Translations under genes and position numbers: made by a program | The notes under the pieces: generated by a model | Told to the model about the DNA's origin: nothing | Database searches by the model: none | What the model saw: the letters and a program-made list of their open reading frames with translations, nothing else | Assembly (NCBI GenBank): GCA_038087875.1 | Contig: CM075992.1 | Span: 12,774,001 to 12,838,000 of the forward strand | Source of the DNA: Malacoraja senta | Lineage: Eukaryota | Length of the DNA: 64,000 nt | Reading direction: 5' to 3' | Shown here: one piece after another, positions 48,569 to 61,955 of the stretch | Layout: every line of letters starts with the position of its first letter | Position numbering within the stretch: the stretch's first letter is position 1

Positions 48569-50675
48569 GATTTATCAATTATTTCGCTGGATGCTGAAAA
48601 AGCATTTGATCAAGTAGAATGGAATTATATGGATAAAGTATTACAAAAATTCCAACTGGGAGAGAATTTTATTCTATGGATCAAGTTACTATATAATAAA
48701 CCTACAGCTAGAATACTAACTAATAACATATTATCCTCGAAATTCCAACTATCAAGGGGAAATAGACAAGGATGCTCATTATCACCACAGCTGTTTGCTC
48801 TGATTATTGAACCGCTAGCTGAAAAAATTAAAATACACCCTGATATCCATGGATATAATACGAAAGACTCATATAATAAAATATCTTTATACGCGGATGA
48901 TATATTACTGTACATTACAAAACCTCAAATCACTATACCAAATATTTTAAATTTAATTGAAGACTTTGGATCTTTTTCTTGATATAGAATAAATTGGAAT
49001 AAAAGTGAAATTATGTCAATAAAACCGAAAGATTCAACACATCTTTTAAAATTCCCTTTTAAAATAGCTACAGAAAAATTTAAATACTTTAAATCGAAAT
49101 TGCTAGAACATATCAAGGTATGTTTAAGGTAAATTTTGAACCCCTACTTAATAAATTAAACACACTAATTAAATTCTGGAAAACGCTCCCGATGTCTCCC
49201 AGCAAGTGGACTGGATTGTAATGGAGAAAGAGGATTGCTCCTCTGGAAACATTGGAGCGATCCTCCTCTCTCCAATGAAATTGAATAATATAAATTATAA
49301 TAAGAACCCAATTATTCATAGTACAATCCGAATTTGGAAACAAATAAAACAAAATTTAAAATTAAGAAATTTATCACTTTTATTACCTATAGTTAATAAC
49401 CCTTTGTTTAATCCCTCTATTATAGATAAAGCTTTTACACATTGGGATAGACTAGGAATTAAAACGCTCGGTGACTTGTATGAAACTGGAAAATTACTTT
49501 CATTTCAACAATTACAAATAAAATATAAACTCGGAAATAATCAATATTTTAAATATTTTCAAATATGCGACTATTTGAAAAAATATACAAAAGATCATTA
49601 TAATAACCCAGCAGATGTATTGGATGAGGCAATGCAGATAAAAGCTGAATCAGCAAACTTAATATCATATTTGTATAATATTATCTTAAATGTACAAATA
49701 CCATCTACGGAGGGTATCAGAAGAGACTGGGAACAAGAGTTAGCTATTAATATTTCAAAGGAAAGTTGGAATGAACACTTATTAAACGTGCATAAATGTT
49801 CGATTAATGTAAGACACACTTTAATACAATTTAAAATTTTACATAGATTATATTATTCGAAAACTAAAATTCATAAAATTTTCCCAAATGTATCATCTAT
49901 TTGTGATAAATGTCAATCCCAAGAAGCTACTATAGCGCACTCATTCGTTTTCTGTACAAAAATTCAAAAATTTTGGAATTAAATTTTCAAAATCTTTACA
50001 AAGTTATTTAAAATAAGACTGATACCCAAAGCAGAATGGATTATCTAGAATGGTCCAGAACTAAATGTGTTTCAAAAGAAACTAATAGACTATGGGTTAA
50101 TAACTGGAAAAAAGCTAATTCTAAAATTTTGGAAGAAGGCTCCAATACCAACTATAAACATGTGGATTTCAAATATGTTCAAAACATTACACCTAGAAGA
50201 GATAAGACTCCTCCTAGCAGGTAAACCAGATCACTTCCACCTGATGTGGTCTGCATTTATAGAATTATTACAAATATAGGGTACAAAGGTACCTTTAAAA
50301 AAAAATTGAGGTCAGGTAAGGGGGGATGATAGTTGAAGAGTTGGTATGTCCCATTTGCGTAATGCTCATAAAAATATTTGTTTCTCTCTTTTTCCTCTTT
50401 CTCTTTCTCTTTCTTTTCTAGGGTCTATTTCTTAACTCTTTTTCTTTTGTTTTTAATTTTGTTCTTATAGGGTCTTCGTCCTTTTTTGTTGTCACATTTT
50501 CTACACTCTCACTTTTTCCTTCACTTTCTTCTTTCTTTCAATCTTTTCCTTTTCTAGTGTAAAAAATAAATGGAGTACATTAATTGTAAGAAGACCTAAG
50601 TGACGAGTACTAATGTATGTGGTTGTAATGTAATTTACTTCTAATAAATAAAAATATATATTAAAAAAAAAAAAA
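48569..50675 (+). mobile_element. 5'-truncated L1-clade LINE (RT, C-terminal Cys/His domain, T-rich 3' UTR, polyA)
   Basis: IISLDAEKAFDQVEW, GNRQGCSLSPQLF, LYADDILLY, QFKILHRLY and CDKC..ATIAHSFVFC; aataaa and an A-tail at 50643-50675. Contains stops and an apparent internal deletion near 49200. Confidence 0.93.
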
Positions 50676-53660
50676 GAAAAGTTAGGAACCTTCAGGATGC
50701 GAAAATCAATGAAAACTCAGCACTCGAAAAGCGACGAACCTTCAGGACAGGAAAAGCGACGAAAATTCAGCACACGAAAAGCGACGAAAATTCAACACAT
50801 GAAAAGTGACGAAAATTCAGGACGTGAAAGACGACGAAAATTCAAAATGCCAAAATGGACGTATATTCAGGATGCTAAGAGAAACGAAAATTCCAGACAA
50901 GAAAACGACGAAATATCAGGACGTGAAAAACGACGCAAATTCTGCACACAAAAAGTAACACAAATTCAGGACACAAAAAGCGATTAAATTTTCAGGACGC
51001 GAAATGTGACAAAATTGAAATCGCAAAAAGCGATTTCATTTCAGGACCTGAAAAGCGACGAAATTTCAGGATGCATAAATCGTCTAAATTACAGGACGCA
51101 ATAAGCAACAAAATTTCAGGACAGGAAAAGGGATGAAAATTCAGCATGTGAAAAGCGACGAACATTCGGGTAGGCGTCGCGACTCACGTCGCAGCGGCCT
51201 CTGCAGTCCGTCTGTCTTTTTTTATTTTTGTCTCGTTTGAGTGTAGTTATAGTGTTTTTTTAACTGGGTATGTGTGTGGGGGGCGGGGAGGAGAAACTTT
51301 TAAAATCTTTTCCCTGTACGGAGGACCCGACCTTTCTCTGTCGGGTCTCCGTTGTCATTGGGGCCTAGAACCGTGGAGCGGCCTCCAACCGGAATGACAT
51401 GGGGTTCCAGTCGCGGACTACTCACCATCGTGGAGATGGCTGAGTTCGGAGCATGGAGAGCTGCAGTGGCGCGCTGCTGCGGCCCGACCCCGGAGATTCG
51501 GAAGCTCCCGCTGCCGGCCCGGTGGACGGTGACATCGGAAGCTCACGGGTCCCTGGTGGGAGACCGCTTTTCGGGACTAAATTTCAGGACTTGTAAAGTG
51601 TCAAAATTTCAGGACGCGTAAAGTGACGAAATTTCAAAACGCCAAAAGAAATGTAAATTCAGGATGCAAAAAGCGACGAAATTTCCGGACGTGTAAAGCG
51701 ACGACATTTCAGGACGCGAAAAGTGATGAAATTTCACCACACGAAAAGCAACAAATGATCAGGACGCATGACGCGACAAAGTTTCAGGACGGGAAAAGCG
51801 ACAAAATTTCGGCAAATGAAAAAAGACGAACCTTCAGTACATGAAAAGAAACGAAAATATAGCACGCGAAAAGTGAGGAAAATTCAGCACACGAAAATCA
51901 ACGAAACTTCAGGAAGCGAAAAGGTACGAAAATTCAGGGTTCGAAAAGGTACGAAAATTCAGGACGCTAAAACGGAGGAAAATTTTGGACGCTAAAAGCG
52001 ACGAAAATTCACATTTTAAAAGGGGGGAAATGTCAGGACGCGAAAAGCAACAACATTTCAGGACGTGAAATGCGACGAGATTTTAGTACGAGAAAAGCGA
52101 CAAAAATTCAGCATGCAAAAAGCGACGAAAATTCAGGATGCGAAAAAACCTTCTGGACGTGAAAAGTGACGAAATTTCAGCACGCGAAAAGAGAGAAAAA
52201 ATTCAGATGCAAACAGCGAAAGGAATGGAGGGTTATGGTCTGAGTGCAGGTAGATGGGACTGGGTGAGAGTAAATGCTCAGCACAGACTAGAAGGGCGTG
52301 AAAAGCGACGAAATTTCAGCACATGAAAAGCTACAAAAATTCAGGACGCAAAAGCGACAAAAATTCAAAACGCCAAAAGCGACGTAAATTCAGGATGAGA
52401 AAAGCGACAAAATTTCAGGACGCATAAAGCGATGAAATTTCAGCACGCGATACGCAATGAAATTTCAGCACAGGAAAAGTGACGAAATTTCAGCATGTAA
52501 AAAGCGAGGAAAATTCAGCATGCAAAAAGCGACGAAAATTCTGCACGCGGAAAGTGACGAAATTTCAGCATGCAGAAAGCAATGAAAATTCAGCACAAGA
52601 AAAAAAGGAAACATTCAGCACATGAAAAGTGACGAAAATTCAGGACGCGAAAAGTTACAAAAATTCAGGACGTGAAATGCGACAAACATTTAGGAGGCTA
52701 AACTGGATGAAAGCTCAGGACGCAGAAAGGGACAAAAATTCAGGATGCAGAAAGGTACGAAAATTCAGGGTTCGAAAAGGTACGAAAATACAGGACGCTA
52801 AAGCGGAGGAAAATTTTAGACATAAAAAGTGATGAAAATTCAGCATTTGAAAAGGGGGAAAATGTCAGGACGTGAAAAGCGACGAAATATCAGGACGTGA
52901 AATGCAACGAGATTTTAGCACAAAAAGCGTCAAAAATTCAGCACGCAAAAAGTGATGAGATTTCAGCATGCAAAGAGCGATGAAATTTGAGGACGCGAAA
53001 GATGATGAAAATTCAAAATGCCAGAAGCGATGAAAATTCAGGATACCAAAAGCGACGAAATTTCAGGACGAGAAAAGTGACGAAACATCAGGACTCATAA
53101 AGCAATGAAATTTCAGGATGTGAAAGGCGACGAAATTTCAGCACATGAAAATCGACGAAAATTCAAAACGCCAAAATCAATGTAAATTCAGGATGCAAAA
53201 AGCGACAAAATTTCAGGAAGTGTAAAGTGTCAAAATTTCAGGACGAGAAAAGCAACGAAACTTCTGGACGCATAAAAAGACGATATTTCAGGACGTGAAA
53301 AGCGACGAAATTTCAGCACATGAAAAGCGACGAAAATTCAGCCTGTGTAAAGCGATGAAAATTCAGCATGTAAAAAGCGACGAAAATTCAGCACACGTAA
53401 AGTGACAAAAAATCAGGAAGCGAAAGGCGACGAAAATTCAAAACGCCAAAAGCGACTTAAATTCAGAACGAGAAAAGTGACGAAATTTCAGGAAGCATAA
53501 AGCGACAACATTTCAGCACGCGATTCGCGAGGAAATTTCAGCACAGGAAAAGTGACGAAATTTCAGCACGCGAAAAGCAAGGAAAATTCAGCACGCAAAA
53601 AGCGACGAAATTTCGGGACGCGAAAGACGATGAAAATTCAAAACGCCAAAAGCAATGTAA

Positions 53661-53909
53661 GGGACAGAGGGGGAAGTTCTTTACTCAGAGAGTGGTAACT
53701 GTGTGGAATGAGCTTCCAGTGGAAGTGGGGGAGGCAGGTTCGATTTTATCTTTAAAAATAAATTGGATAGGTATATGGACGGGAAAGGAATGGAAGGTTA
53801 TGGTCTGAGTGCAGGTAGATGGGACTAGGTGAGAGTAAGTGTTCGGCACGGAGTAGAAGGGCTGAGATGGCCTGTTTCCATGCTGGAATTGATATATGGT
53901 TATATGGTT
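53661..53909 (+). mobile_element. CR1 3' end inserted in satellite 2
   Basis: gagagtggtaactgtgtggaatgagcttcc...ggcctgtttcc with an (atatggtt)n tail. It splits the unit gcaatgtaa|taaattcagg. Confidence 0.8.
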
Positions 53910-54938
53910 ATAAATTCAGGATGCAAAAAGCGACGAAATTTCAGGACGCGTAAAGTGACAACATTTCAGTACGAGAAAAGCGACGAAACTTCAGGATTCA
54001 CAAAGCGACGAAATTTAAGTACGTGAAAAGCGACGAAATTTCAGCACATGAAAAGCGCCGAAAATTCAGCATGCAAAAAGCGACGAAAATTCAGCACGCA
54101 ATAAGCGACGAAAATTCAGGACGTGTAAAGCGACAAAATTTCAGTAAGAGAAAAGCGAGGAAACTTCAGGATTCACAAAGCGACGAAATTTCAGTACGTG
54201 AAAAGCGACGAAATTTCATGACGCGTAAAGCGACGAAATTTCAAAACGCCAAAAGAAATGTAAATTCAGGATGCAAAAAGTAACTAAATTTCAGGATGCG
54301 TAAAGCGACGAAATTTCAGGATGCGAAAAGTGATGAAAGTTCAGGACGCGAAAAGTGATGACATTTCACCCAACGAAAAACAACAAATGTTCAGGACGCA
54401 TGACGCATGATGCGACGAAGTTTCAGGACACGAAAAGCGACAACATTTCGGCAAATGAAAAAAGACGAACCTTCAGGACGTGAAAAGCAACGAAGATATA
54501 GCACGCTAAAAGTGAGGAAAATTCAGCATGCGAAAAGCAATGAAAATTCAGCACGCGAAAAGTGACGATAATTCAGGAAGCGAAAAGCTACAAAAATTCA
54601 GGACGTGAAACGCGACAAATATTTAGGACGCAAAACGGGATGAAAATTCAGGATGCAGAAAGGAGCAAATATTCAGGATGCACAAAGATACAAAAATTCA
54701 GGGTTTGAAAAGGTACGAAATTTCAGGACGCTAAAACGGAGGAAAATTTTGGACAGAAAGAGTGACGAAAATTCAGCATTTAAAAAGCGGGAAAATGTCA
54801 GGACACGAAAAGCAACAACATTTCAAGATGTGAAATGCGACAAGATTTTAGCACAAGAAAAGCGCAAAAGTTCAGCATGCAAAAAGCGACGAAAATTCAG
54901 GATGCAAAAAGTGACGAACCTCGACCTGAAAAGTGATG

Positions 54939-55500
54939 GATAGCAGAATTGGGAGAATTCAATGTTCAGGCCACCAGGATGTAGACTGCCCAAGCGGAAT
55001 ATGAGGTGCATTTCCTCCAATTTACGGTGTTGCTCGCTGTGGCCATGGAGGAGACCCAGGACAGGGAGGTCAGATACAGAATGGGAGGGGGAGTTGAAGT
55101 GCTGAGCCACCGGGAGTTCAGGTTGGTTATTGCGGACCGACCAGAGGTGTTCGGCGAAACGATCGCCAAGCCTCCGCTTGGTCTCACCGATGTAGATCAG
55201 CTGGCATCTAGAGCAGCGAATGCAATAGATGAGGTTGGAGGAGATGCAGGTGAACCTCTGTCGCACCTGGAACGACTGCTTGGGTCCTTGAATGGAGTGG
55301 AGGGGGAAGGTGAAGGGACAAGTGTTGCATCTCTTGCGGTTGCAAGGGAAAGTACCAGGGGAGGGGGTGGTATGGGAGGGAAGGGAAGAATTGACAAGGG
55401 GGTACCAGGGGAGGGGGTGGTATGGGAGGGAAGGGAAGAATTGACAAGGGAGTACCAGGGGAGGGGGTGGTATGGGAGGGAAGGGAAGAGTTCCTCCATC
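54939..55500 (-). mobile_element. Penelope-like element GIY-YIG endonuclease fragment
   Basis: PGTFPCNRKRCNTC...FTCISSNLIYCIRCSRCQLIYIGETKRRLGDRFAEHL...VAQHFN. An internal ~60 bp tandem duplication lies at ~55354-55490. Confidence 0.9.
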
Positions 55501-55629
55501 TCTGTGAAGGTATACCATATGCCTACATTTACTACACTAACCCATTGTAATGCCACTTGCAAGTTATAGACTTGGACCACAAAATCACTCTGTACTTCAA
55601 TGCTGTTAAGGCAGTCATGCCATTGATTG

Positions 55630-57410
55630 TAGAAACAAAGAACTGCAGATGCTGGTTAATACACAAAAGGACAAAGTGCTGGAGTAACTCAGCAGATCAG
55701 GCAGCATCATCGTAGAACATGCACAGGTGACGTTTCAGTTTGAAATCCCGTTATTGGTGTACAAATCCTTGTGAATGTACCCTGCTTGTGCAGCAAGCTA
55801 TATTCACAGAAGGCACCAAAATCCTTGGCATGTTGAAGAATCAAGAGGCCAGTGAAAATGAGGAAGTAAGAGGAGGGTGTTAATAATAAAAAAGGTATTG
55901 TATAGGTTAATGAGTCCAAAACCTGATACATCTTAAACATCTGATCTATATCGCATTCTGAAAAATATGCAAGGGATCACTGGGGTGTGGTAGCTTTTTC
56001 CATGTCTAAGTATTCAGAAGTATTTCATTAACCGTAACTTTTTCTGTGAAAGGGAAAGTGCCTTATAACTAGACTCATCAAGTCTTGCAGCGGAGAAATG
56101 ACCTCTTCGGCCCAACCTATCCACACCGACCAACATGCCGCATCTGCACTGGTCCCACCTGCCTGCATTTTGCCCATATCCCTCTAAACTTGTCCTATCC
56201 ATGAACCTGTCTAAATGTTTCTTAAATGTTGTGATAGCACCTGCTTCAACCACCTCCTCCGGCAACTTGTTCTATTCACCCACACAAAAAGCTGGAGTAA
56301 CTCAGTGGGTCAGACAGCATCTCTGGAAATAAGGAATAGTGACGCTTCGGGTCTGTAGAAGGGTCTCGACCTGAAAAGTCATCTATTCCTTTTCTCCAGT
56401 GACACTCTGACCCGCTGAGTTACTCCAGTTTTTTTGTGTGTATCTTAGGTTAGTTGGTTGATGGGTGAATGGGTGGAAGTGGGGGGTTAATAGGAATGTG
56501 GGGAGAATAAAAGATGGGGTTCATGTGTAAATGTTTGGCTGATCAGTGGTACTACTCCTCAGTGCCCTACTTCCTGATTGTGTGTCCCTTTAACTTCATC
56601 ATTAGTTCCCATTGGGAGCAACTTTCATCGAAAAGACTGTTTTCCTTTTTACTGGTATCATGCACTCTGTAAGCCTCAGATTTCTGACAACACTTGATCT
56701 TGCGATTCAACCAAGAATAATCCAAGATAAATATTTAATTAAGTCGGGTGGTTCAGGGATCCTTCATTGATCTGAGCTACTCCAGCAATTTGTGTCAATC
56801 TCTGGTGTAAACCAGCATCTGAAGTTCCTCCTTATTACAGATACAAAGTGCTGGAATTATTCAGTGGGTCAGGCAGCATCTCAAAAGAAAAAGGATAGGT
56901 GACGTTTTGGGTCGGGACCCTTCGTCACCTTATGATGTCCTTTTTTTCCAGAGATGCTGCTTGACTTACTGAGTTACTCCAGCACTTTGTGTCGTATCTT
57001 TTTTATAAGCCAGCATCTGCAAGGTGACAAATGAACGTTTGTGCCAATCACCCTAGTGATGAGGTCACTATAATCAACAATGAAGGAATGGATCAGACAG
57101 ACTGTTGGCGAGGCCGCCATTGCTGGTGCCAGACGGTGGATATTATATGTATAATAGTACATTGTAGATGAATGCAATGAAACCATACACAAGTACAACA
57201 GACTGATCGAAGAGAAATTACCAGTGTGCAGAATATAGTTTTTTCAGCAAGTTCCAGAGAACTGTCTAATATCTAATGAGGTATGTTGAGAGGATCGGTA
57301 CTATATCTTAGATAGACAAAAAATGCTGGAGTAACTCAGCGAGACAGGCAGTATCTGTGGAGAAAAGGAATGGGTAATGTTTCGGGTCGTGACCCTTCTT
57401 CAGTACTATA
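55630..57410. repeat. Cluster of short palindromic Penelope-terminal-repeat-derived elements
   Basis: Repeated cacaaaa(t/a)gctggagtaactcagc...ggcagcatc...gacgtttcgggtcg units in both orientations. The same family occurs at ~5690-5860, 9688-9790, 11260-11450, 12520-13100 and 15005-15200. Confidence 0.65.
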
Positions 57411-58779
57411 CCCCAGTTTGGGGAAGAACTGTTTTAGCAATTGGTGTACAAGAGAGAACCATAGTACCTATCCGGAATTGACTTTTATTCAATACACTGA
57501 TAAAAGTCAGAAGCAGTTATCTTTGCGACCCTGCGAAACTTCCTCTAATATTTCCTAAAGCTCCTTTCTATCAATGCCCTTGTCATTTTATTCATGTTTC
57601 CGGAGGACACCTCAAGTTACTCTCTTAAAACCAGGTTCAAAGCCGTGACATAATATAAATAACCTACTATGTTCCGCTACCTTACATTTTAAAAATAAGA
57701 CGCACCCTTCACAAATTAATCTTCTCCCGACTTGTTCGTTATGTTGACGAGAACGAGCGATTCCGAAATCGTTGTGTAGGGGCAGCGGTAACAAGGGCTC
57801 ACTCGGTAACAGACCAGCTTGTACCATGTCCTTCCTGCTTGATGCTTTCCTTTCTCCGTGTCTCCCCCAGGGCGCTGTCTCCGGCCATGGTGCTGAAACC
57901 TAGCCCTTGTGCATTTGACTCGCCAAGGTTTACAATTGAATCCATCTTTCTGACTCCTCAAAGTCAGTCCCACCACGTGTTTCAAATCAGAGTCATTTGT
58001 TTCAAAGTTTAATCACAGCTGGGCATTATTTAGTCCACGGCGCCCCCGGATACAATTGAAAACCATAGTTGCATTACGGATATCCTGGCTTTCAATACAA
58101 AAAGTGGTTGAAATGTTTGTTTCACCCATTTCCAGCAGCCGCAACATTGCAGCGACTGTGCTTTCCACTTATAACGCGTTTAGACGTATAAAGTGCCGTG
58201 GGATTCCCAGCGGATGCGAGAGGCGTCATTTAAATGAGTCATGTGCAGGGCTGCCAACATGGGGTGAGCGTTGGGAGTGAGAAATTGCGAGAGACCAAGC
58301 CCGAGGGAGCACAGCGACTGCCCGGGGGGGGGGGGGTGTATGGAAATCAGATTATATTCAAGCACTTACCCATGTTGACCAACCTGGGTCTCACTGCACA
58401 ACTGACCCTCAGTCCAGCCTTACATCTGGCCCCCTATTCTACCCTGATCTTAGCTGCTTACCTGCTTAGGTTCCCAGTGCTGAACGCTCCCATTGTCCCA
58501 GCTTTGACTGCACACCAAGTACTATTCCAGACCTTGACTTTGGATGCACACTTGGCCTTGCTCCTAGCCCCTTTGCACTGACAATATATCTGGCCCACAC
58601 GTAATACCCCATATCTGACCCCCTGGACTTAACCTATTATGTTCAATTCCACACGTGCTTAACTAATGCGGTAATCTTTTATGGGCACTTCACAGACCAA
58701 CTTTTGCATAACAAAATTTGCTACATCCATTGGTTTTCTTGATATCTGTACTCACGTACTGCTTAAATACGTGGTAATC

Positions 58780-59373
58780 CACCTGCAACTGCTCGGACAG
58801 GAAGGCTCTGCAGAGGTTAGTGAGGGGAGCAGAGAAGATCATTGCCGTCTCCCTACCCTCGGTACAAGAACTGTTCCTGAGCCGCTGTCGGAAAAAAGCT
58901 CAGAGAATTGCTAAGGACAAACTGCACCCCCTCCACATACACCTGGATCTCCTGCCATCAGGCAAGATATATCGCAGCATCAAAGCCCGGACTACAAGAC
59001 TGCTAAACAGCTTCCTGCCATATGCTGTGAGGCTGCTAAACAGCCACTCTGTACTCACAGTCACCTGATTCTGCGGCTTGGCACGGACACTATATTAACT
59101 GGCACTGGCCACTTCAATAACTGTCACTGGCCACTCAAATCAGCCACCCCAGACATGTTTATGATTGGTCTTACTGTATTTTAACGTTGTTTTTATCTAT
59201 TTTAACTTTATACTGTTCCATCAGGGACTGGATTGTTTTTAGTGTCATTATGTGTGAAATGTTTTAAACTTCATGTGCGATGCTCCGGTATTCCCTGGGA
59301 AACGTCTTTTCGTTTTGCACTGCACAACTGTTGCTTGCAAGATGACAATAAAGGAATTGAATTGAATTGAATC
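58780..59373 (+). mobile_element. Rex/Babar-like LINE 3' fragment
   Basis: AEKIIAVSLPSVQELFLSRCRKKA..HPLH...LLPSGKIYRSIKARTTRLLNSFLP is homologous to the C-terminus of the 18058..19197 ORF. Ends gacaataaa followed by (attga)n. Confidence 0.85.
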
Positions 59374-60896
59374 TAACATGCTAGTTACTTTGTCAAATAA
59401 GTCTTTCAATTGGTTGAATTTCTCATCCATAAAATTATACTCACTCAACTGTATAAGTATTCTGTTACCATTTCCTTCATTTTCCTAACAAACTGTCCTG
59501 AAGTCATTTTCACCTCCAATATTTTCAGTATTTTGCTGTCTTCCTCTCAGCTGGGACTTTTCCGAAATGCAAAGTCCAATAACTATATATTTAAGCAATA
59601 ATATTCTATTTAAGGTGATCTTGAGTACATAATATTTTCTGTGGTATTCATAACACAACAATGATAAAAAGATCTTTGTTTTGATTGCACCTACCAACAT
59701 GCACACAATATTATATTACAGTTAATGTGTACCCAGGGCAATTTTGTTTTCCAATGCTCCCATTCCCAATTACTTTTACATTGAAGTGATTGAAATCCAA
59801 GTGAAGTTTAAATGGCGTCAGAAAAATAAAACCTCCGGAATGAATGATATTCATTACGTGATTGGTTGGAGTCAGTATCAGTACAAATACTATATTAAAC
59901 TTTGAATCTTCAGATGTCCTGGTTCACACATTCCCCTGCAAGTATCTCTGTCACTCCTTTAAAATATGCCCCTTCTTTGAACATGCTGTTAAACATCGCA
60001 TCTGAATCAGTTTCCATCTGATTACACTCATTGAGGATGTTCATCTACGTGTTCAATTAATAAAACAACGAGATTGAGGACATTTCTATCAACCTGTCAA
60101 AGGAATTTGGGGGGGGGGGGTTAGAAATAGTCAGTGAGGTAAAGAAACATAATAGTTTAGTGGCAAATGACAATAGTGCTACCTTCCCAATATTTAACTG
60201 AAGGAAATAATGGGTTATCGGGCTGTACCTTGTGACAGACAGCCTGACACCTTGCATGTCATTTTAATATTACACTTATCCCATCCCTCTGGATATTCCG
60301 GATTAATAAATTAAGGTTTTGTCAACTAATTACAAATCAGGCTAGTTACAAATCAATATCAGCCAACTCCGAAACACGAAGCGCTGAGCATTGGGATCCA
60401 GACATCACGGACACCTAGCCTCAGTTCCCCGCTCACATCTGGCAGTGCTCTCCATCTGAACCAGGTGCCATGGAGCGTTTTTGAAAGTGGGGGGGCTGAG
60501 CGATCACTGATCACTGGCCTTGGGGGACCCGGCAAGGGAGTGGAGTGACCGAGTGGGGGGAAGGTGTGGGAGGGGATGCCCCCCTCTCCCAGGGTAGAGT
60601 TGTTTTGAAATTTGATGTATTAAAATCATGTTTTAGTGCATAGTAGAAGTATGAATTCAATGTTTTTTGTTTGAAGTATTTTTAAGAGGTAACTTTTTTC
60701 ACACAAAGGGTGATGGGTGTATGAAACAAGCTGCCATAAGAGGTAGATGAGGCAGGGACTATTCTAACATTTAAGAAACAGTTAGAGTGATACATGGATA
60801 GGACAGGTTTGGAGGGATATGGACCAAAAGCAGTTAGTGTAGCTGGGACATGTTGGCAGATGTGGGCAAGTTGGGTTGAAGGGCCTGTTTTCACAC

Positions 60897-61575
60897 ATAC
60901 AAAAACTGTTCAGAGACAGAGAGGAGGGGCTATAACTTTAGAGGGAAACTAAACTTGAAACAGCATTATGCTCGGACCAATTTAAAAAGTATGTGTATTT
61001 CCATTTGTGGGGTGGTTTTGTGGAATGGTCTTGACGAAACGATTAAACAAAGTATGAATATAATGCAAATTTAAAAAATGTACAAAAGATATATCTTTGA
61101 AAAGTACAGTAATGAGGAAGGAGAATGTAAATCTCACAGATGTTAATGGTGCTTGTTCTTTTCTTTTTTTGTTCTTTTTTTCTTAATAGCTTGATTGGAG
61201 TAGTTTTATTTGAATTGTCTGTTTAGTTTATTTTATTGAATTTTGCCTTTGTTAATGGTGAAGAATGGGGGTAGGACTTGACAAGCATAGGCTTCTTCCT
61301 ATCCCTTTTCGAACGAGTCTAATGTGTATTATGTTGAAATTGGCTTTTGATTTTTTAATTTATGTATGTACATATATGTTATGTATATGTGTATGTGTGT
61401 ATATGTGTATATGTATGTATATATGTACATGTATATGTATGTATGTGTGTATGTATTTATGTATATATATATGTATATATATAATTTTCCTTTATTTATT
61501 ATTCATTTTCATCTTTTCTTTTCTTCTTTTTTTAATCGTTCGAAATAAAAACATATCAAATCAAATCAAATCAAA
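60897..61575 (+). mobile_element. L2/Crack-like LINE 3' fragment
   Basis: Broken frame resembling YNFRG...RTNLKSMCISICGVVLWNGL, a T-rich UTR with an (AT/GT)n microsatellite at 61361-61482, then aataaa and a (tcaaa)n tail. Confidence 0.55.
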
Positions 61576-61644
61576 TTATACCTTCACCATGCGTGAATGC
61601 TTTAAAATCAAGTGGTCGAGTTTTATTGCTATATATACTCAAGC

Positions 61645-61955
61645 ATAGAAACTTATAAAATATGTGCAGGAATAGGCCATTCGGCCCTTCAAGCCAGCAC
61701 TGCCTTTCAATATGATCATGGCTGTTCATCTAAAATCGGTACCTTTCCTGTTTTTTCCCCATATCCCATGATTTCGCTAGCCCCGAGAGCTAAATGTAAC
61801 TCCCTCTTGAAAACATTCAGTGAATTAGCCTCCACTGCCTTCTGTGGCAGAGAATTCCACAGATTCACAACTCTCTGGGTGAAGAAGGTTTGTCCTCATC
61901 TCAGTCCTAAATAGCCTACCCCTTATTCTTAAACTGTGACCACTGGTTCTGGGGG
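61645..61955 (-). mobile_element. CR1 3' fragment
   Basis: gcaggaataggccattcggccc...gaattccacagattcacaactctctgggtgaagaag matches other CR1 3' ends in the window. Confidence 0.8.

Larger units (their letters stand above)
30714..54938 (+). repeat. Satellite 2: diverged CpG-rich 25 bp monomer array (~24 kb including insertions)
   Basis: Monomer ~gaaaa-gcgac-gaaaa-ttcag-(cac/gac)gc, e.g. consecutive 25-mers at ~48290-48540. Block duplications have offsets 1347 (41000/42347) and 1007 (42826/43833; 43284/44291). Confidence 0.95.

Noticed and set aside
51170..51575. Non-satellite GC-rich insert with an 89 aa ORF
   Set aside because: It is probably a repeat fragment, but I see no recognisable motif, termini or TSD, so it was left unclassified.
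22739..54943. Many 60-150 aa ORFs within the two satellites
   Set aside because: They are periodic translations of 78 and 25 bp monomers; the periods and indels break frame and there is no gene structure.
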